Positions 50,557 to 60,674 of a stretch of 64,000 nt of DNA are shown here, piece by piece; the first letter of the stretch is position 1, and each line of letters starts with the position of its first letter. This stretch comes from a virus: positions 27,985 through 91,984 of IMG/VR virus record IMGVR_UViG_3300032223_002784, one strand, 5' to 3'. The notes below the pieces were generated by a model. That model was not told where the DNA came from. It saw nothing but the letters and a program-made list of their open reading frames with translations, and ran no database searches. A program made the translations under genes and the position numbers.

Positions 50557-50745
50557 TTAAACCCCTCCCGCATCTATTCCTACAGTACCACCATATACCG
50601 ATGTTGGTGAACCTGCATCCCAATTTACATTAGGAGAATACAAAATGACATACCATGCTAAATCTGCAGAATTATACTGCCAGCTTCTTAAGCCGTCTGT
50701 GTATACTTGACCATCTGCGGGACTATCGGGAAAATTAAGTGCCAT
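50557..50745 (-). CDS. Small virion-associated protein
   Basis: MALNFPDSP.DGQVY...W. Confidence 0.6.
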   Translation of the reverse strand: MALNFPDSPADGQVYTDGLRSWQYNSADLAWYVILYSPNVNWDAGSPTSVYGGTVGIDAGGV

Positions 50746-50797
50746 TATCCTCCTATTATATCAAAGTAAATAGAAAATGCCTATATTACACAAAACC

Positions 50798-51679
50798 CTA
50801 CATTAGAACTTTGTTTAATTTAATAGTAGCATTTGTTGTTGCTGCGTCAGAAATAGTTATGTTTAGGTTCATGTTGCCAGAAACAGCGGTAGCAGATATG
50901 GCAAATCCTGTCAAAGTTGTTCCTGTGGCTATGGCACCATATTCAACTGAAGTGACAATAGTCCCGTTTGTGCCCACATTAAATTGAGAGGTTCTAGCTT
51001 TTGCCCCCTGTTTTATAGATACAATATAGCTTATTGATGTAAATGAAGATATTGGGGTTGTGTCTACTGCAGTTGCTGTATTTGCAGATAAAGTAAAGGA
51101 TAAAGATTCATGTTGAACTCCGCCAGAGGCCAGAAGATATGTGTTTGTATCAACAGATCCATTTCCTTTTAAAAATTGATTTGCAGTTCCTGATGTAATA
51201 GCAAGTGAATCAGCAGTTACTTTTCCAACAAATGTTGGATTGGATAATGTAGCATAATTAGAGATATTAGCATATGCACCTGTACCCAAAGTACTAGTTA
51301 GTGGATAATTAACAGTATCAGCATAAGCCATTGTGCCTAGGGTGCCTAGTATTCCCGTTGAAGCTGCTTGTACAGAAAGTTCTACCCATTGAGTTGAGGT
51401 GCCATCATTTACATATGTAAGCATAGCTCCATTATTAGAGTTTAACCATCTGTCTCCAACTGTATTTCCAGATGTTGGTGCAGATGTTGCATAAGTATAT
51501 TTTGCTCCCGCAGAAGATCCACTTCCACCACCACTACCTGAAGAATCTACCCATGTTGAACCATTGTATACATATACATGATAATTTGAAGAGTTTACAT
51601 AAAAATCTCCAACTTTTGGATTACTTGGGGGTGTAGATAAGACTAATGAGTTTAATGCTGTTAATCTTTTTATAGACAT
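50798..51679 (-). CDS. Fibre-like structural protein
   Basis: P..P..GD.W-type repeats; Gly/Ser linker. Confidence 0.6.
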   Translation of the reverse strand: MSIKRLTALNSLVLSTPPSNPKVGDFYVNSSNYHVYVYNGSTWVDSSGSGGGSGSSAGAKYTYATSAPTSGNTVGDRWLNSNNGAMLTYVNDGTSTQWVELSVQAASTGILGTLGTMAYADTVNYPLTSTLGTGAYANISNYATLSNPTFVGKVTADSLAITSGTANQFLKGNGSVDTNTYLLASGGVQHESLSFTLSANTATAVDTTPISSFTSISYIVSIKQGAKARTSQFNVGTNGTIVTSVEYGAIATGTTLTGFAISATAVSGNMNLNITISDAATTNATIKLNKVLM

Positions 51680-51717
51680 TTAATTCCCCCTATATCTTTA
51701 TTTTCCTATTATAGCAT

Positions 51718-51756
51718 TTAAGGGGGATAGAGAGAATGTCTCCCTTCCCCCTTAAA
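51718..51756 (-). terminator. Putative terminator hairpin
   Basis: tttaagggg...ccccttaaa inverted repeat. Confidence 0.55.
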
Positions 51757-51772
51757 CTTTAATTATTTAAAC

Positions 51773-53857
51773 TTATCCAACAATTACTACGTTATATGTT
51801 GTAGTCGTTACAGGTGCTACAGCAAATCCAATTGTTACTTGGTTTGTAGTATTTCTTGTAATATCTACTTCAACATCAGCAAACTGAGTATCTGGAGTTG
51901 AGGATGTTTGATATACACTAACTGTTACATCATTTATTCCTAAACTGTGTGTAATTGGGAATGTTGTTGTTCCAGTTACACCGCCGTCAGTTGAAGTTCC
52001 AGTAATTGTTCCAGTATACTTTCTTACTCCATATCCAGAGGCAAATGTAATTGCGTTTCCAGATATTGTAAGGCCTGTTCCCGTTACTACCGCAAGTCCT
52101 GCTGTAGTTGAAGTTACTGCCCCTGCTGGGTTTAATCTTAATTGTAAAGTATTTCCACTTAGTGAAAGTCCTGAAGTTCCAGTTCCTGTAGTTGAATCAA
52201 ATGCTGATCCTAGTGCTATTGAAACTTGGTTTCCAGTTACTGATATACCAGTTCCTGCTGTTACCGAACCAGAACCAGAACTTTGCGAGAATGTAATTGG
52301 AGTTGTTCCAATAACAATAGTTCCTGGTTGATTCATTATCCAGCTTGTATTTTGAGTTGTTGGCGTTCCAGTAATTTCTGCTGCTGGGGCAACAATATAT
52401 AGCATATCTCCTGCTGCTACTTCACCCGCTACACTTTGATCATAATCAGAAGCACGGGTAAGTATCCAGTTAGTTGAACCAGAACCTACGTTTGTAACAA
52501 CATAAATACCATTTTGGAATGTAGTTGTTTGATTCTTGATAAGAATTCTATCTCCAACAATTGGAGTTACGCCATCAATTACAAGTTGAGCTTGTGTACC
52601 TGAATTTGTAAGAGTTGCTCCTACTCCTGCAGTTCCATTTGAATATGTAGCGGTAAGTGCTGAAACGGTTGCTGTTACTGCAGAATCGTGTGCATTAACA
52701 CCAGAAGCAATGTTATCAACATATTGCTTTGTAGCAACTTGAAGTGCAGATGAAGGGTCTGTGGAAACTGTAACTTGAGATACAGCAATATTTCCAGAAC
52801 CGTCACGTTGAACAATTGCATTGTTTACGTTTGTGGCTGTAGATTGTGTCCAGGTTGGTGCAGATGTTCCAGCAGAAGTTAATACATAGCCAGTTGTTCC
52901 AACCGAGCCAATTGCAAGTCCTGATGATGTTGAATAAACAATTCCTCCTGCAGCTGCAGTAAGATTAGAGTTTGTTCCGCCGTGTGCAAGATCAATTATT
53001 GAGCCATTCCAAGTACCTGTTGTAATTGTTCCTACAGATACAAGTGAAGAAAGTGTTGTTACTGCTGTATTAACAAGAGTTCCAGATGTTGGGAGGGTTA
53101 CAGTTGTTGCACCTGTTGATGTAAGTGTAATTGAATTAGCACCACTTGTTGCAAGCGTAGAACCATTAGCAAGAGTAAGGGTTCCTGTAGTTGTAGATAC
53201 AGTTAAACCATTAATAGATGTAGCAGTAGCAACACCGAGTGTAGGTGTTGACATTGTTGGACTATTTAATGTTGGAGATGTTAAAGTTTTAGAAGTTAAA
53301 GTTTGAACAGAATCAAGATCTGCAAGTGTATGTGTCGCTGGAGTTGATCCATATCTTGCCAAAACTCCATTTGCTTGAACAAGCCAAATATCACCAACGT
53401 TAGGGGAAGTTGGTGCTGTTCCTGTTGGAATATTTAATGAAGCAGAAGATGTTGTAGAGGCTGCAAGAGTTGTTGTACTTCCTACAGAAAGTGTTCCACC
53501 TAATGTTGTTGCATTTCCTGATTGAACTGTAATTGTTCCAGGGAATGTCAATGCAGATGGAAGAGAAAGTGTAACTGTTCCTGTTGGAGTAGATCCCGAA
53601 GCTGTAACTGTAATCTGATTTGCAGTACCTGCAAAAGTTGTTACTCCATAAAATGTTGATGCTCCTACAATTATTCCACCATTGACGGGGTTCCATGTAG
53701 AGCCAGTATATGTGTAAAGCAGGTTGTTACCAGTATTAAAGTAAATTTGTCCTTGGACGGGTGTGATTAGTGCTGGTGCACTTCCTGATGCATGAATTAC
53801 TGCATTGAGTAATTGATTACCTTTTAAATTTATGTTAGTTAAAAATACTTTTGCCAT
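51773..53857 (-). CDS. Fibre/decoration protein
   Basis: ATKQYVD, GDRILIKNQT..QNGIY, C-terminal ITHSLG. Confidence 0.7.
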   Translation of the reverse strand: MAKVFLTNINLKGNQLLNAVIHASGSAPALITPVQGQIYFNTGNNLLYTYTGSTWNPVNGGIIVGASTFYGVTTFAGTANQITVTASGSTPTGTVTLSLPSALTFPGTITVQSGNATTLGGTLSVGSTTTLAASTTSSASLNIPTGTAPTSPNVGDIWLVQANGVLARYGSTPATHTLADLDSVQTLTSKTLTSPTLNSPTMSTPTLGVATATSINGLTVSTTTGTLTLANGSTLATSGANSITLTSTGATTVTLPTSGTLVNTAVTTLSSLVSVGTITTGTWNGSIIDLAHGGTNSNLTAAAGGIVYSTSSGLAIGSVGTTGYVLTSAGTSAPTWTQSTATNVNNAIVQRDGSGNIAVSQVTVSTDPSSALQVATKQYVDNIASGVNAHDSAVTATVSALTATYSNGTAGVGATLTNSGTQAQLVIDGVTPIVGDRILIKNQTTTFQNGIYVVTNVGSGSTNWILTRASDYDQSVAGEVAAGDMLYIVAPAAEITGTPTTQNTSWIMNQPGTIVIGTTPITFSQSSGSGSVTAGTGISVTGNQVSIALGSAFDSTTGTGTSGLSLSGNTLQLRLNPAGAVTSTTAGLAVVTGTGLTISGNAITFASGYGVRKYTGTITGTSTDGGVTGTTTFPITHSLGINDVTVSVYQTSSTPDTQFADVEVDITRNTTNQVTIGFAVAPVTTTTYNVVIVG

Positions 53858-53877
53858 TTGCTAGCCACTCCCCTTTT

Positions 53878-54492
53878 TTAAGCTAAATATGCGTACCCAG
53901 ATGTTGGAGATGACAGAGTTACCGTCAAACTATTCAAGCTGGTGTAAGCAATATCCGCCTCAAGATTATTACCACTGTAGTCTATTATATCAACAGATGG
54001 ATTATAAGCTAAATTGTGATTTATAATCCAAGTTGTTGAATTTGATTGTTGTTCATATGTAAACGACCAACTGGACTTTGGAACAATTGCCTGTGCATTT
54101 GTCCATATCCCGCTGATTTTTGAATAAATTAGATTGGCGGTACTTTGGATATATGTATCTCCATTATTGCCCAAAGAATTGCTTGGAGTAGATGTCCCAG
54201 TATAAACAGAGTATCCTGTTTGTCCCGTTGCACCTGTTGCTCCCGTTGCTCCTCTTATAGAAACTCCTGAATTAGGCCAAGATGTAGTTTTTGGTCCATA
54301 AAGGATGTCAGTAATTGTATCTAAATAGTAGTCTCCTGCAAGACCAATAGAATTTGAAGGAAGTCCTGAACCATTAAGTATTGCAGATCCTCTTGGACCT
54401 TGCATTCCCGATGTAGAAACAGTAACTTTGTTGACTTGCTCAACTACAGTTATTACATTATCTTTTTTTATTACTGTGATGCTCTCTGTCAC
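53878..54492 (-). CDS. Structural protein with short collagen-like stretch
   Basis: GATGATGATGQTG; WIINHNL. Confidence 0.65.
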   Translation of the reverse strand: MTESITVIKKDNVITVVEQVNKVTVSTSGMQGPRGSAILNGSGLPSNSIGLAGDYYLDTITDILYGPKTTSWPNSGVSIRGATGATGATGQTGYSVYTGTSTPSNSLGNNGDTYIQSTANLIYSKISGIWTNAQAIVPKSSWSFTYEQQSNSTTWIINHNLAYNPSVDIIDYSGNNLEADIAYTSLNSLTVTLSSPTSGYAYLA

Positions 54493-54842
54493 GAGATAAC
54501 TCCTGGCTTAACCATAAACCAGCCAGTTTCTAATGTTGAGACTCTACCAGATTGATCTATTGATTGAATTTCATATTTTGCTCTTGGAAGTGTAAAGTTT
54601 TTTGTTTGTGTTGGGGTAAACTCAACATGAATTTTTCCAGTTCCAATCACTGTAATTCCACTATTCAAAGATAGAGTTGCACAAACTACAGATCCGCCCT
54701 CTTTATCTCTTACTTCTGCTTTGAATGTATACCCTGCAAAATCAATATATGCACCTGTGCTATCTTGCACGGTGATATCTACTGCCCATGTATTTCCTTG
54801 AATTACATCATAATTAATTTCTTGAATAGCCATTATCAGCAC
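54489..54842 (-). CDS. Small Ig-like (BppU-N-like) structural protein
   Basis: QGNTW...ID..GY......VR pattern. Confidence 0.55.
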   Translation of the reverse strand: MLIMAIQEINYDVIQGNTWAVDITVQDSTGAYIDFAGYTFKAEVRDKEGGSVVCATLSLNSGITVIGTGKIHVEFTPTQTKNFTLPRAKYEIQSIDQSGRVSTLETGWFMVKPGVIS

Positions 54843-54897
54843 CCCATAATAAAGTATTTATATAGACATAATACCACTTATAAGCATTAATTCATAG

Positions 54898-54927
54898 AAA
54901 AACCCCGTCCACTGGTGACGGGGGTTG
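54898..54927 (-). terminator. Intrinsic terminator after RNR
   Basis: aaccccgtc-cactggt-gacgggg(g)tt with a T-run on the minus strand. Confidence 0.75.
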
Positions 54928-54941
54928 TAATCTATATTTTA

Positions 54942-56876
54942 TCAGTTACTGCCAATATCTACAATCTCACATTCTCCAGATACACAAGCCAGTGCCTGAG
55001 TTCCTGTAGTTGAGTCTTCAAGTTCATAAAGTGATAATGCTGTCCAATCAATAACCTTTGGCATCTTTGAAAGCATTTCCTCATATTGATCTTTTGTGAC
55101 TTCTTGATATGGAGCCTGAACATATGTATGTTCAGAATAAGGCAAAAATGAAATTCCTGAAACTTCATCAAAGTGCTTATAAACCCAAGCACCCACTTCC
55201 ATCCACTCATCTTCTTTTACAGATACTGTAATTGAAGGCTTATGCTCACACCAGTGACGTTGATATGTCAGCCAAATCTCAAGTTGTTGAATTGCTGTTA
55301 CTTTGTCTCTTGTAATAGCATGCTTTGGAGCTTTTACAGGAAATGAAAAGACTGTTGTATCATTTGGTTTCATTGCATCATCTTCTGCAGGAATATTTGA
55401 ATCCTTGAGAAATTGTGTAATAGGATCTTTTTTGTCCCCACGAACTGTACGAATATAATAATCTGAATGCCATGCATGCATTCCTGAACTCACCCCGACC
55501 AATTGGGACACTGTACCCGAAGGCTTAACACAAGTTACTGCTGCTGAAGCGGGAATCCCAATTTTCTCTGCCTCTTCAATGTTTGTAGAAACTGCAAATT
55601 CACGAAGTTGATCTAGAACATTTGCAAGTTTTTCTAGTCCTTCTTGTCCAGAAAAGAACTTGTGGCCAAATTGTCCAGTAAGAGAAACTCCCAAAAGTCT
55701 TTCCTCTTCTGTATTATCTTTCCAAATTTTACGAATATATTTAAAGTCTGTAAGCGTTGACTGCCATGTCCCAAGGATTGAAGCAAGGCGAACTTTATTC
55801 TTAACGTCTTCTACTGTATCTGACTCACGAAGAACAACTTCTGAAAGATTGCAAAACTGATATGGGCGAAGAATGATTTCAGAACAAGGATTTGTTCCAT
55901 AATGAATGTCTGGGCTACGGCGACCATATTTTGCTGCTTGTGCTTGTGCTGCTGCAACATTATAAATTCCACGTTCTCCAGATTTTGAATCATACAAAGA
56001 TTTCCATTCTGCTATAAACTGTTGCATTTCAGGCTTACGTGAATATGCAACTGAATTATTTGATAAAGCCCGTTGTGTATTTTTTTCCCACCAATTACCA
56101 GCTTTTGCTTGAGCCATTTCAATATCATTAATATTTGAAAGAGAAATCATTGCAGAACGACGAACTCCTCCTACAACAACTACTTCTCCAATCTTACACA
56201 TAATGTCATGAGCTTCAATTGGCTTAAGGCTGCGACCAAGTGCTCCTTTAAATACTTGAATTGTAAAATCAAAAAGATTTACTAGTGGCTGTGGGCCCGA
56301 TGATCTACCACCCATTGTTTTAAGACGAGCACCAGAAGGTCTAACTTTGCTAATATCAATTTGAGGAATCTGTCCTGCCCAGAGCAAGCCTAGTAGTTCA
56401 CGATATGCTTTTGCCCAACCTTCTTTAGAATCTCCAACAATAACGACTGTATCTGATTTTTCAAGTGTTTCAGGAAGTGGCGGGAGTTTATTAATGTATT
56501 TATACTCAACAGAGAATCCAACACCAGTGCCACACATTAAAATATACATCGCTTCATCAAATGATCTTGCATTGTCCACTGGAAGGAATGCACAGTTATA
56601 TCCTGAAACATTTTCTCTTTCTAGTGCTGCTCCAGCCGTCATAACAGAACGCATTGAAGGCATGACATTACGATTAAATACTGCATCACGAAGTTCTGCA
56701 AGAGTTTTATCGTCAGGAACATATCCATGTTTTTCACGCAATTGAATAACCATAAAGTTAAAGTATCGGTCTACAGTTTCTCCCCAAGTCTCTCGTCTAT
56801 TCTCGTTTTCTAGCCAACGGGCGTAACGAGATAGTGCAATGAAATTTTCATATGGGTTAGAAATAGTATTAGACAT
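54942..56876 (-). CDS. nrdJ: Class II (adenosylcobalamin-dependent) ribonucleotide reductase, monomeric RTPR type
   Basis: YNCAF, GGVRRSA, TNPCSEI, CVKPSGTVSQL, C-terminal ACVSGECE; no beta subunit nearby. Confidence 0.92.
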   Translation of the reverse strand: MSNTISNPYENFIALSRYARWLENENRRETWGETVDRYFNFMVIQLREKHGYVPDDKTLAELRDAVFNRNVMPSMRSVMTAGAALERENVSGYNCAFLPVDNARSFDEAMYILMCGTGVGFSVEYKYINKLPPLPETLEKSDTVVIVGDSKEGWAKAYRELLGLLWAGQIPQIDISKVRPSGARLKTMGGRSSGPQPLVNLFDFTIQVFKGALGRSLKPIEAHDIMCKIGEVVVVGGVRRSAMISLSNINDIEMAQAKAGNWWEKNTQRALSNNSVAYSRKPEMQQFIAEWKSLYDSKSGERGIYNVAAAQAQAAKYGRRSPDIHYGTNPCSEIILRPYQFCNLSEVVLRESDTVEDVKNKVRLASILGTWQSTLTDFKYIRKIWKDNTEEERLLGVSLTGQFGHKFFSGQEGLEKLANVLDQLREFAVSTNIEEAEKIGIPASAAVTCVKPSGTVSQLVGVSSGMHAWHSDYYIRTVRGDKKDPITQFLKDSNIPAEDDAMKPNDTTVFSFPVKAPKHAITRDKVTAIQQLEIWLTYQRHWCEHKPSITVSVKEDEWMEVGAWVYKHFDEVSGISFLPYSEHTYVQAPYQEVTKDQYEEMLSKMPKVIDWTALSLYELEDSTTGTQALACVSGECEIVDIGSN

Positions 56877-56937
56877 TTTTTGGTCTCCTGTTTTATTGTT
56901 AGAATTTGTTAGAACTTAAGTGTACCACAAAGAAATT

Positions 56938-57939
56938 CTAAAAATGCTGTTTTTGAATTTCTTTCAATCTTTCTGCTGCTGGTTTTGTAACACGGGCCCA
57001 ACTAAAATCTTTATGAACCAAAAATGAGTTTTTGTAAGCTATGTCACTATATCTTTCATAGTCTTGTGCAACATTCAACATATGTTCTTTTAATTGCTGA
57101 TAATCTGGCTTCATCATATTTCCTGGATGAATTATTGGCCAAGGGGATGGAGCCCAAACAGAATCTATCGGTAGCGTTATGTAATTTGCATAACTTGCCC
57201 AACCTGCCGTACAGATTGTTGGAATTCCTTTAGCCATTCCTTGAAGTGGATTAAAACCAAAACCTTCTCCCCAGCTAGGGTAAACGAATACATCACATAA
57301 ATCATATAGACCATTTATTTGTTCTACTGATAGCATTGATTCAATTGTTTTTATATTTTTATAAAATGCTCCAGGTGATCCATACACCTTTTTTGTAATT
57401 GGATCATAAACCTTTGTTGTATTTAATCCAGTACACTTTAAAATTAATTCATAGTTCGGATCATCGCCAAATACAGATATAAAAGCATCTACAACCATCT
57501 GAGCATCTTTTCTAGACGATGGCTCACCGATATGTAGAAATCTAAGTGGGCGGGACTTATCTAAATTTCTTTTCTTTGGAATCCAAGTATCCTCTACACC
57601 ATGTTGATATATAAATACTGGCTTACTTGTATATTGTCTAAAAACATTTGCTGTGTATTCATTAGTTGCCCATACTTCATCAACAAGTTCTGCTAGAGGT
57701 ACTTTCCAAGAAGGAAAAATTTCAGTTGATTCCCAAGGTGTATAACCAATTCTATATTGATTTATAGCAAATGAATATTTATCTGGTTGAATAAATGATA
57801 TACCAATATTAGGCTCTAGTGAGCGTGTTACACATTCAATTCCTTGTTTACCAAGTTCTTCAAATATATGAAATGATGCTTCACCATAGCCAACATTTCT
57901 ATCCATCCACTCAGGTGCACCTGTAAAAGAGACTTTCAA
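56938..57939 (-). CDS. Glycosyltransferase family 4 (GT-B)
   Basis: RK, DVFVYPSWGEGFG..PL.GMA.G.P. Confidence 0.88.
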   Translation of the reverse strand: MKVSFTGAPEWMDRNVGYGEASFHIFEELGKQGIECVTRSLEPNIGISFIQPDKYSFAINQYRIGYTPWESTEIFPSWKVPLAELVDEVWATNEYTANVFRQYTSKPVFIYQHGVEDTWIPKKRNLDKSRPLRFLHIGEPSSRKDAQMVVDAFISVFGDDPNYELILKCTGLNTTKVYDPITKKVYGSPGAFYKNIKTIESMLSVEQINGLYDLCDVFVYPSWGEGFGFNPLQGMAKGIPTICTAGWASYANYITLPIDSVWAPSPWPIIHPGNMMKPDYQQLKEHMLNVAQDYERYSDIAYKNSFLVHKDFSWARVTKPAAERLKEIQKQHF

Positions 57940-58015
57940 ACTATACCCCGCCTTGTTTTTCTTAGTATATCATGATAAACTAGTATTTACGACTATTTAC
58001 CCCAGGAGGTTCAAA

Positions 58016-58756
58016 TTGAAAAATATGAACAAAGTAAGGCTAAGAACAGTATGGATTATGATATGTGTGATGATTATCACATTATTTTTTGGAGATATTT
58101 CTCCAGTTAATGCACAAATGAGGCAACTCATAGTGTACAATCATAATATATTATATATTAATAAATATAATAACTTAGTTAATATAAAAGATATTATTAA
58201 TATAGATTATATTAAATATAATAAAAAGATAAAGAGTAAGCTAAAATCTAATTATTTAGTTAAAGACCTATCCTCTGGAAAAACTTTTTTAATGCCACTT
58301 TACAATGTTAGATTAAGTTTAAATTCCAAAGTAAGTGATAGTGTTTTTATCTCTAGACTAGCAAATGCAATTAAGTCTCATGAGACTGGCGGAACAACAG
58401 CATACTCCCGTCATTCATATTCAAGTAGTGCATGTGGTGCATACCAATATATGCCATCAACTTGGAATAATTTTATGGGATACAAAACCGCTTGTCAGGC
58501 ACCCGCTTGGGTTCAAGACATGAGAATAATTGGAGAATTAAAAGCTTCATACGCCAAATATCACAATTGGGAAAAGGCAGTGGCAGCGCACTTTTTGCCT
58601 TCAAGAGCAGGAAACATGAATACTTGGAATCTGAGAGTTCCAGGGAACCCAACTGTAATGCAGTATGTTTCTTCAGTATTCAAGAAGGCCAACATTAGAA
58701 TGGGATATGTGACAGAACAATGCTTAACCAAGTCTTTTCAGCCTACTACAATTTAG
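58016..58756 (+). CDS. Secreted/membrane-anchored lytic transglycosylase-like protein
   Basis: AGGAGG RBS before TTG 58016; N-terminal hydrophobic helix; HETGG...SSACGAYQYMPSTW. Confidence 0.75.
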   Translation: MKNMNKVRLRTVWIMICVMIITLFFGDISPVNAQMRQLIVYNHNILYINKYNNLVNIKDIINIDYIKYNKKIKSKLKSNYLVKDLSSGKTFLMPLYNVRLSLNSKVSDSVFISRLANAIKSHETGGTTAYSRHSYSSSACGAYQYMPSTWNNFMGYKTACQAPAWVQDMRIIGELKASYAKYHNWEKAVAAHFLPSRAGNMNTWNLRVPGNPTVMQYVSSVFKKANIRMGYVTEQCLTKSFQPTTI

Positions 58757-58977
58757 CCCTTGAGGGCAAGGTTGATTTTTTGGCTTGTCCGATGCATCAG
58801 GGGGATGAACCAGCAGTTTTCCCTCTGATCCATTCTAGCGAAGATGAAAAAATTGTGCTACACTGTTTAGCGTGTGGCTATAGGAATTGGGCTGGACAAC
58901 AGCTTTATGAAAACATTTTAGAGAAAGTAAAGAGGTTTACAAATGACGACAACAGCGAAGAATTATACGAAGGGTAG
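58720..58977 (+). CDS. Zinc-finger-like hypothetical protein
   Basis: CPMH...CLAC. Confidence 0.65.
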   Translation: MLNQVFSAYYNLALEGKVDFLACPMHQGDEPAVFPLIHSSEDEKIVLHCLACGYRNWAGQQLYENILEKVKRFTNDDNSEELYEG

Positions 58978-59485
58978 ACAAGGACACGCAATTCAAGTTC
59001 TAGTACTACACAGTGCCGAAAACCAAGAACTCCCTGGACAAGCAGTGCATTTAGAACAATGGTTTGCTGGAAGTACAGCACCACAGGCAAGTGCTCACGA
59101 AATGATTGATAATAAAGTAGTTAAAATTTCCGTAGATGATGTTGACACGGCATGGGCCGTTGACGATTTCCCGTTGAACTTAGTTTCAAAATCTTATGAG
59201 CTGACAGGTCATGCAAATAATACTGCAGCACAATGGGCAGATGCATATGAGTCTGCCGTTATTACTCTTGCTGAAGGCGAAGTAAAAAAAGATATGGCTA
59301 AATATGGAATTCCAGCACATCACCTCACAGATTCCGAAATTGTTGCTATTCACAATGGAAACAAAGTTTTGAAGGGAATTTGTACGCATGCTGATATCTC
59401 TAGGGCTTTAAAAGTCTCTGGAGGGCACCAGGACCCAGGAATTAACTTCCCAATGGCTCAGTTTATTGCGGTGGTATCAAAGTGA
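58943..59485 (+). CDS. N-acetylmuramoyl-L-alanine amidase (Amidase_2)
   Basis: LVLHSAE, ASAH, TAWAV, THAD...HQDPG.NFP. Confidence 0.85.
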   Translation: MTTTAKNYTKGRQGHAIQVLVLHSAENQELPGQAVHLEQWFAGSTAPQASAHEMIDNKVVKISVDDVDTAWAVDDFPLNLVSKSYELTGHANNTAAQWADAYESAVITLAEGEVKKDMAKYGIPAHHLTDSEIVAIHNGNKVLKGICTHADISRALKVSGGHQDPGINFPMAQFIAVVSK

Positions 59486-59958
59486 CTTATATGCCAGCTA
59501 TGGGCGATTATGGGGTAGTCAAAACTAATGGTTGGATGGGTATGTTAATTAGGGTTGGCACACTCTCCCGATGGAACCATGCTTTTATTTATATTGGAGA
59601 CGGGAAGATCGTAGAGGCTAATCCAAAGGGAGTAGCAATTTCAAATGTATCTAAATATAAAGATATTGCTTGGAACCAACATGAACAACTGACGGAAGCT
59701 CAAAGACAAAAAATTGTCAAGAGAGCAAAGCAAATGGTTGGTGAGCCTTATGGCTTTGGTGCAATTCTTGTAATTGCCCTTAAAATACTTGGACTCAAGA
59801 TAATTGCCAAATTGAGAAAATTTGCGGAGAATGAAAAGAGTGTAATTTGCTCTCAACTTGTCGCAATGTGCTATAGTTATGCAAAGATTAAAGTTTCAGA
59901 TAAGCCACATGCATTCACAACTCCTGGAGATCTAGCATTTAGGTTGATTTATCAGTAA
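59482..59958 (+). CDS. Permuted papain-like NlpC/P60 (YiiX/YebB-like) protein
   Basis: WNHAFIY..EA...VG.PY...ICSQLVA...TPGDL (His before Cys). Confidence 0.82.
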   Translation: MTYMPAMGDYGVVKTNGWMGMLIRVGTLSRWNHAFIYIGDGKIVEANPKGVAISNVSKYKDIAWNQHEQLTEAQRQKIVKRAKQMVGEPYGFGAILVIALKILGLKIIAKLRKFAENEKSVICSQLVAMCYSYAKIKVSDKPHAFTTPGDLAFRLIYQ

Positions 59959-60674
59959 TGAATAATTTACCAGAAGGATACCTTCCATATCTTGATAAAG
60001 GATATGTGGGTTTAGTAAATCATATGGGTACAGACTTAGATATAGCAAATTCTGCAAGAGTCTCATATAATAAACAATCATCACTTACCCCCGAAGGCGA
60101 ATTGAGTCAGCGGGACGGGAAGTTAATTGATTTCCTTTGGAAAGAAGAACATACTTCACCATTTAGACATGCAGTTCTATCATTTGAAATTTATGCACCA
60201 CTTATGGTTGCAAGACAACATTGGAAATATGCAGTAGCATCTACATTTGTTGATGATCAAAACGGATGGAATGAGTCGTCAAGGAGATATGTAACTGAAA
60301 ATGAAGAATTCTATATACCAAGTCCATATTCTTGGAGATCTGCCCCTGAAAATTCAAAGCAGGGATCTGGAGAACCAATTACTTCTGGCTTTGGAATAGA
60401 CTTAACTACAAAACTTAACAAGTATGCCGAAGAAGGAATGGTATTGTACAACCAAGCCCTTTCAGTAGGCGTAGCACCAGAGTTAGCAAGATTATTTTTA
60501 CCTGCATATGGAATGTATGTCAGATATCGTTGGACAGTGAGTTTGCACGGAGTAATGAATTTCTTAGAACAAAGACTTCCTCATGATGCACAATACGAGA
60601 TACAAGAGCTTGCTCGTCAAGTGAGCGTTTTGGCAGAAGAGAAGTTTCCTCATAGTTTGAAATTGATCAAATAA
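59958..60674 (+). CDS. thyX: Flavin-dependent thymidylate synthase
   Basis: ANSARVSY, HTSPF, ARQHWKY...NESSRRY, ARLFLP, AQYEI. Confidence 0.93.
   Translation: MNNLPEGYLPYLDKGYVGLVNHMGTDLDIANSARVSYNKQSSLTPEGELSQRDGKLIDFLWKEEHTSPFRHAVLSFEIYAPLMVARQHWKYAVASTFVDDQNGWNESSRRYVTENEEFYIPSPYSWRSAPENSKQGSGEPITSGFGIDLTTKLNKYAEEGMVLYNQALSVGVAPELARLFLPAYGMYVRYRWTVSLHGVMNFLEQRLPHDAQYEIQELARQVSVLAEEKFPHSLKLIK

Noticed and set aside
14857-56745. Many plus-strand and off-frame ORFs within structural genes and RNR
   Set aside because: Shadows of long genes, with no RBS or recognisable motifs
54942-56876. Intein or intron in RNR (also considered for helicase and the visible part of dnaE)
   Set aside because: Lengths are normal and motifs contiguous; no intein terminal motifs seen
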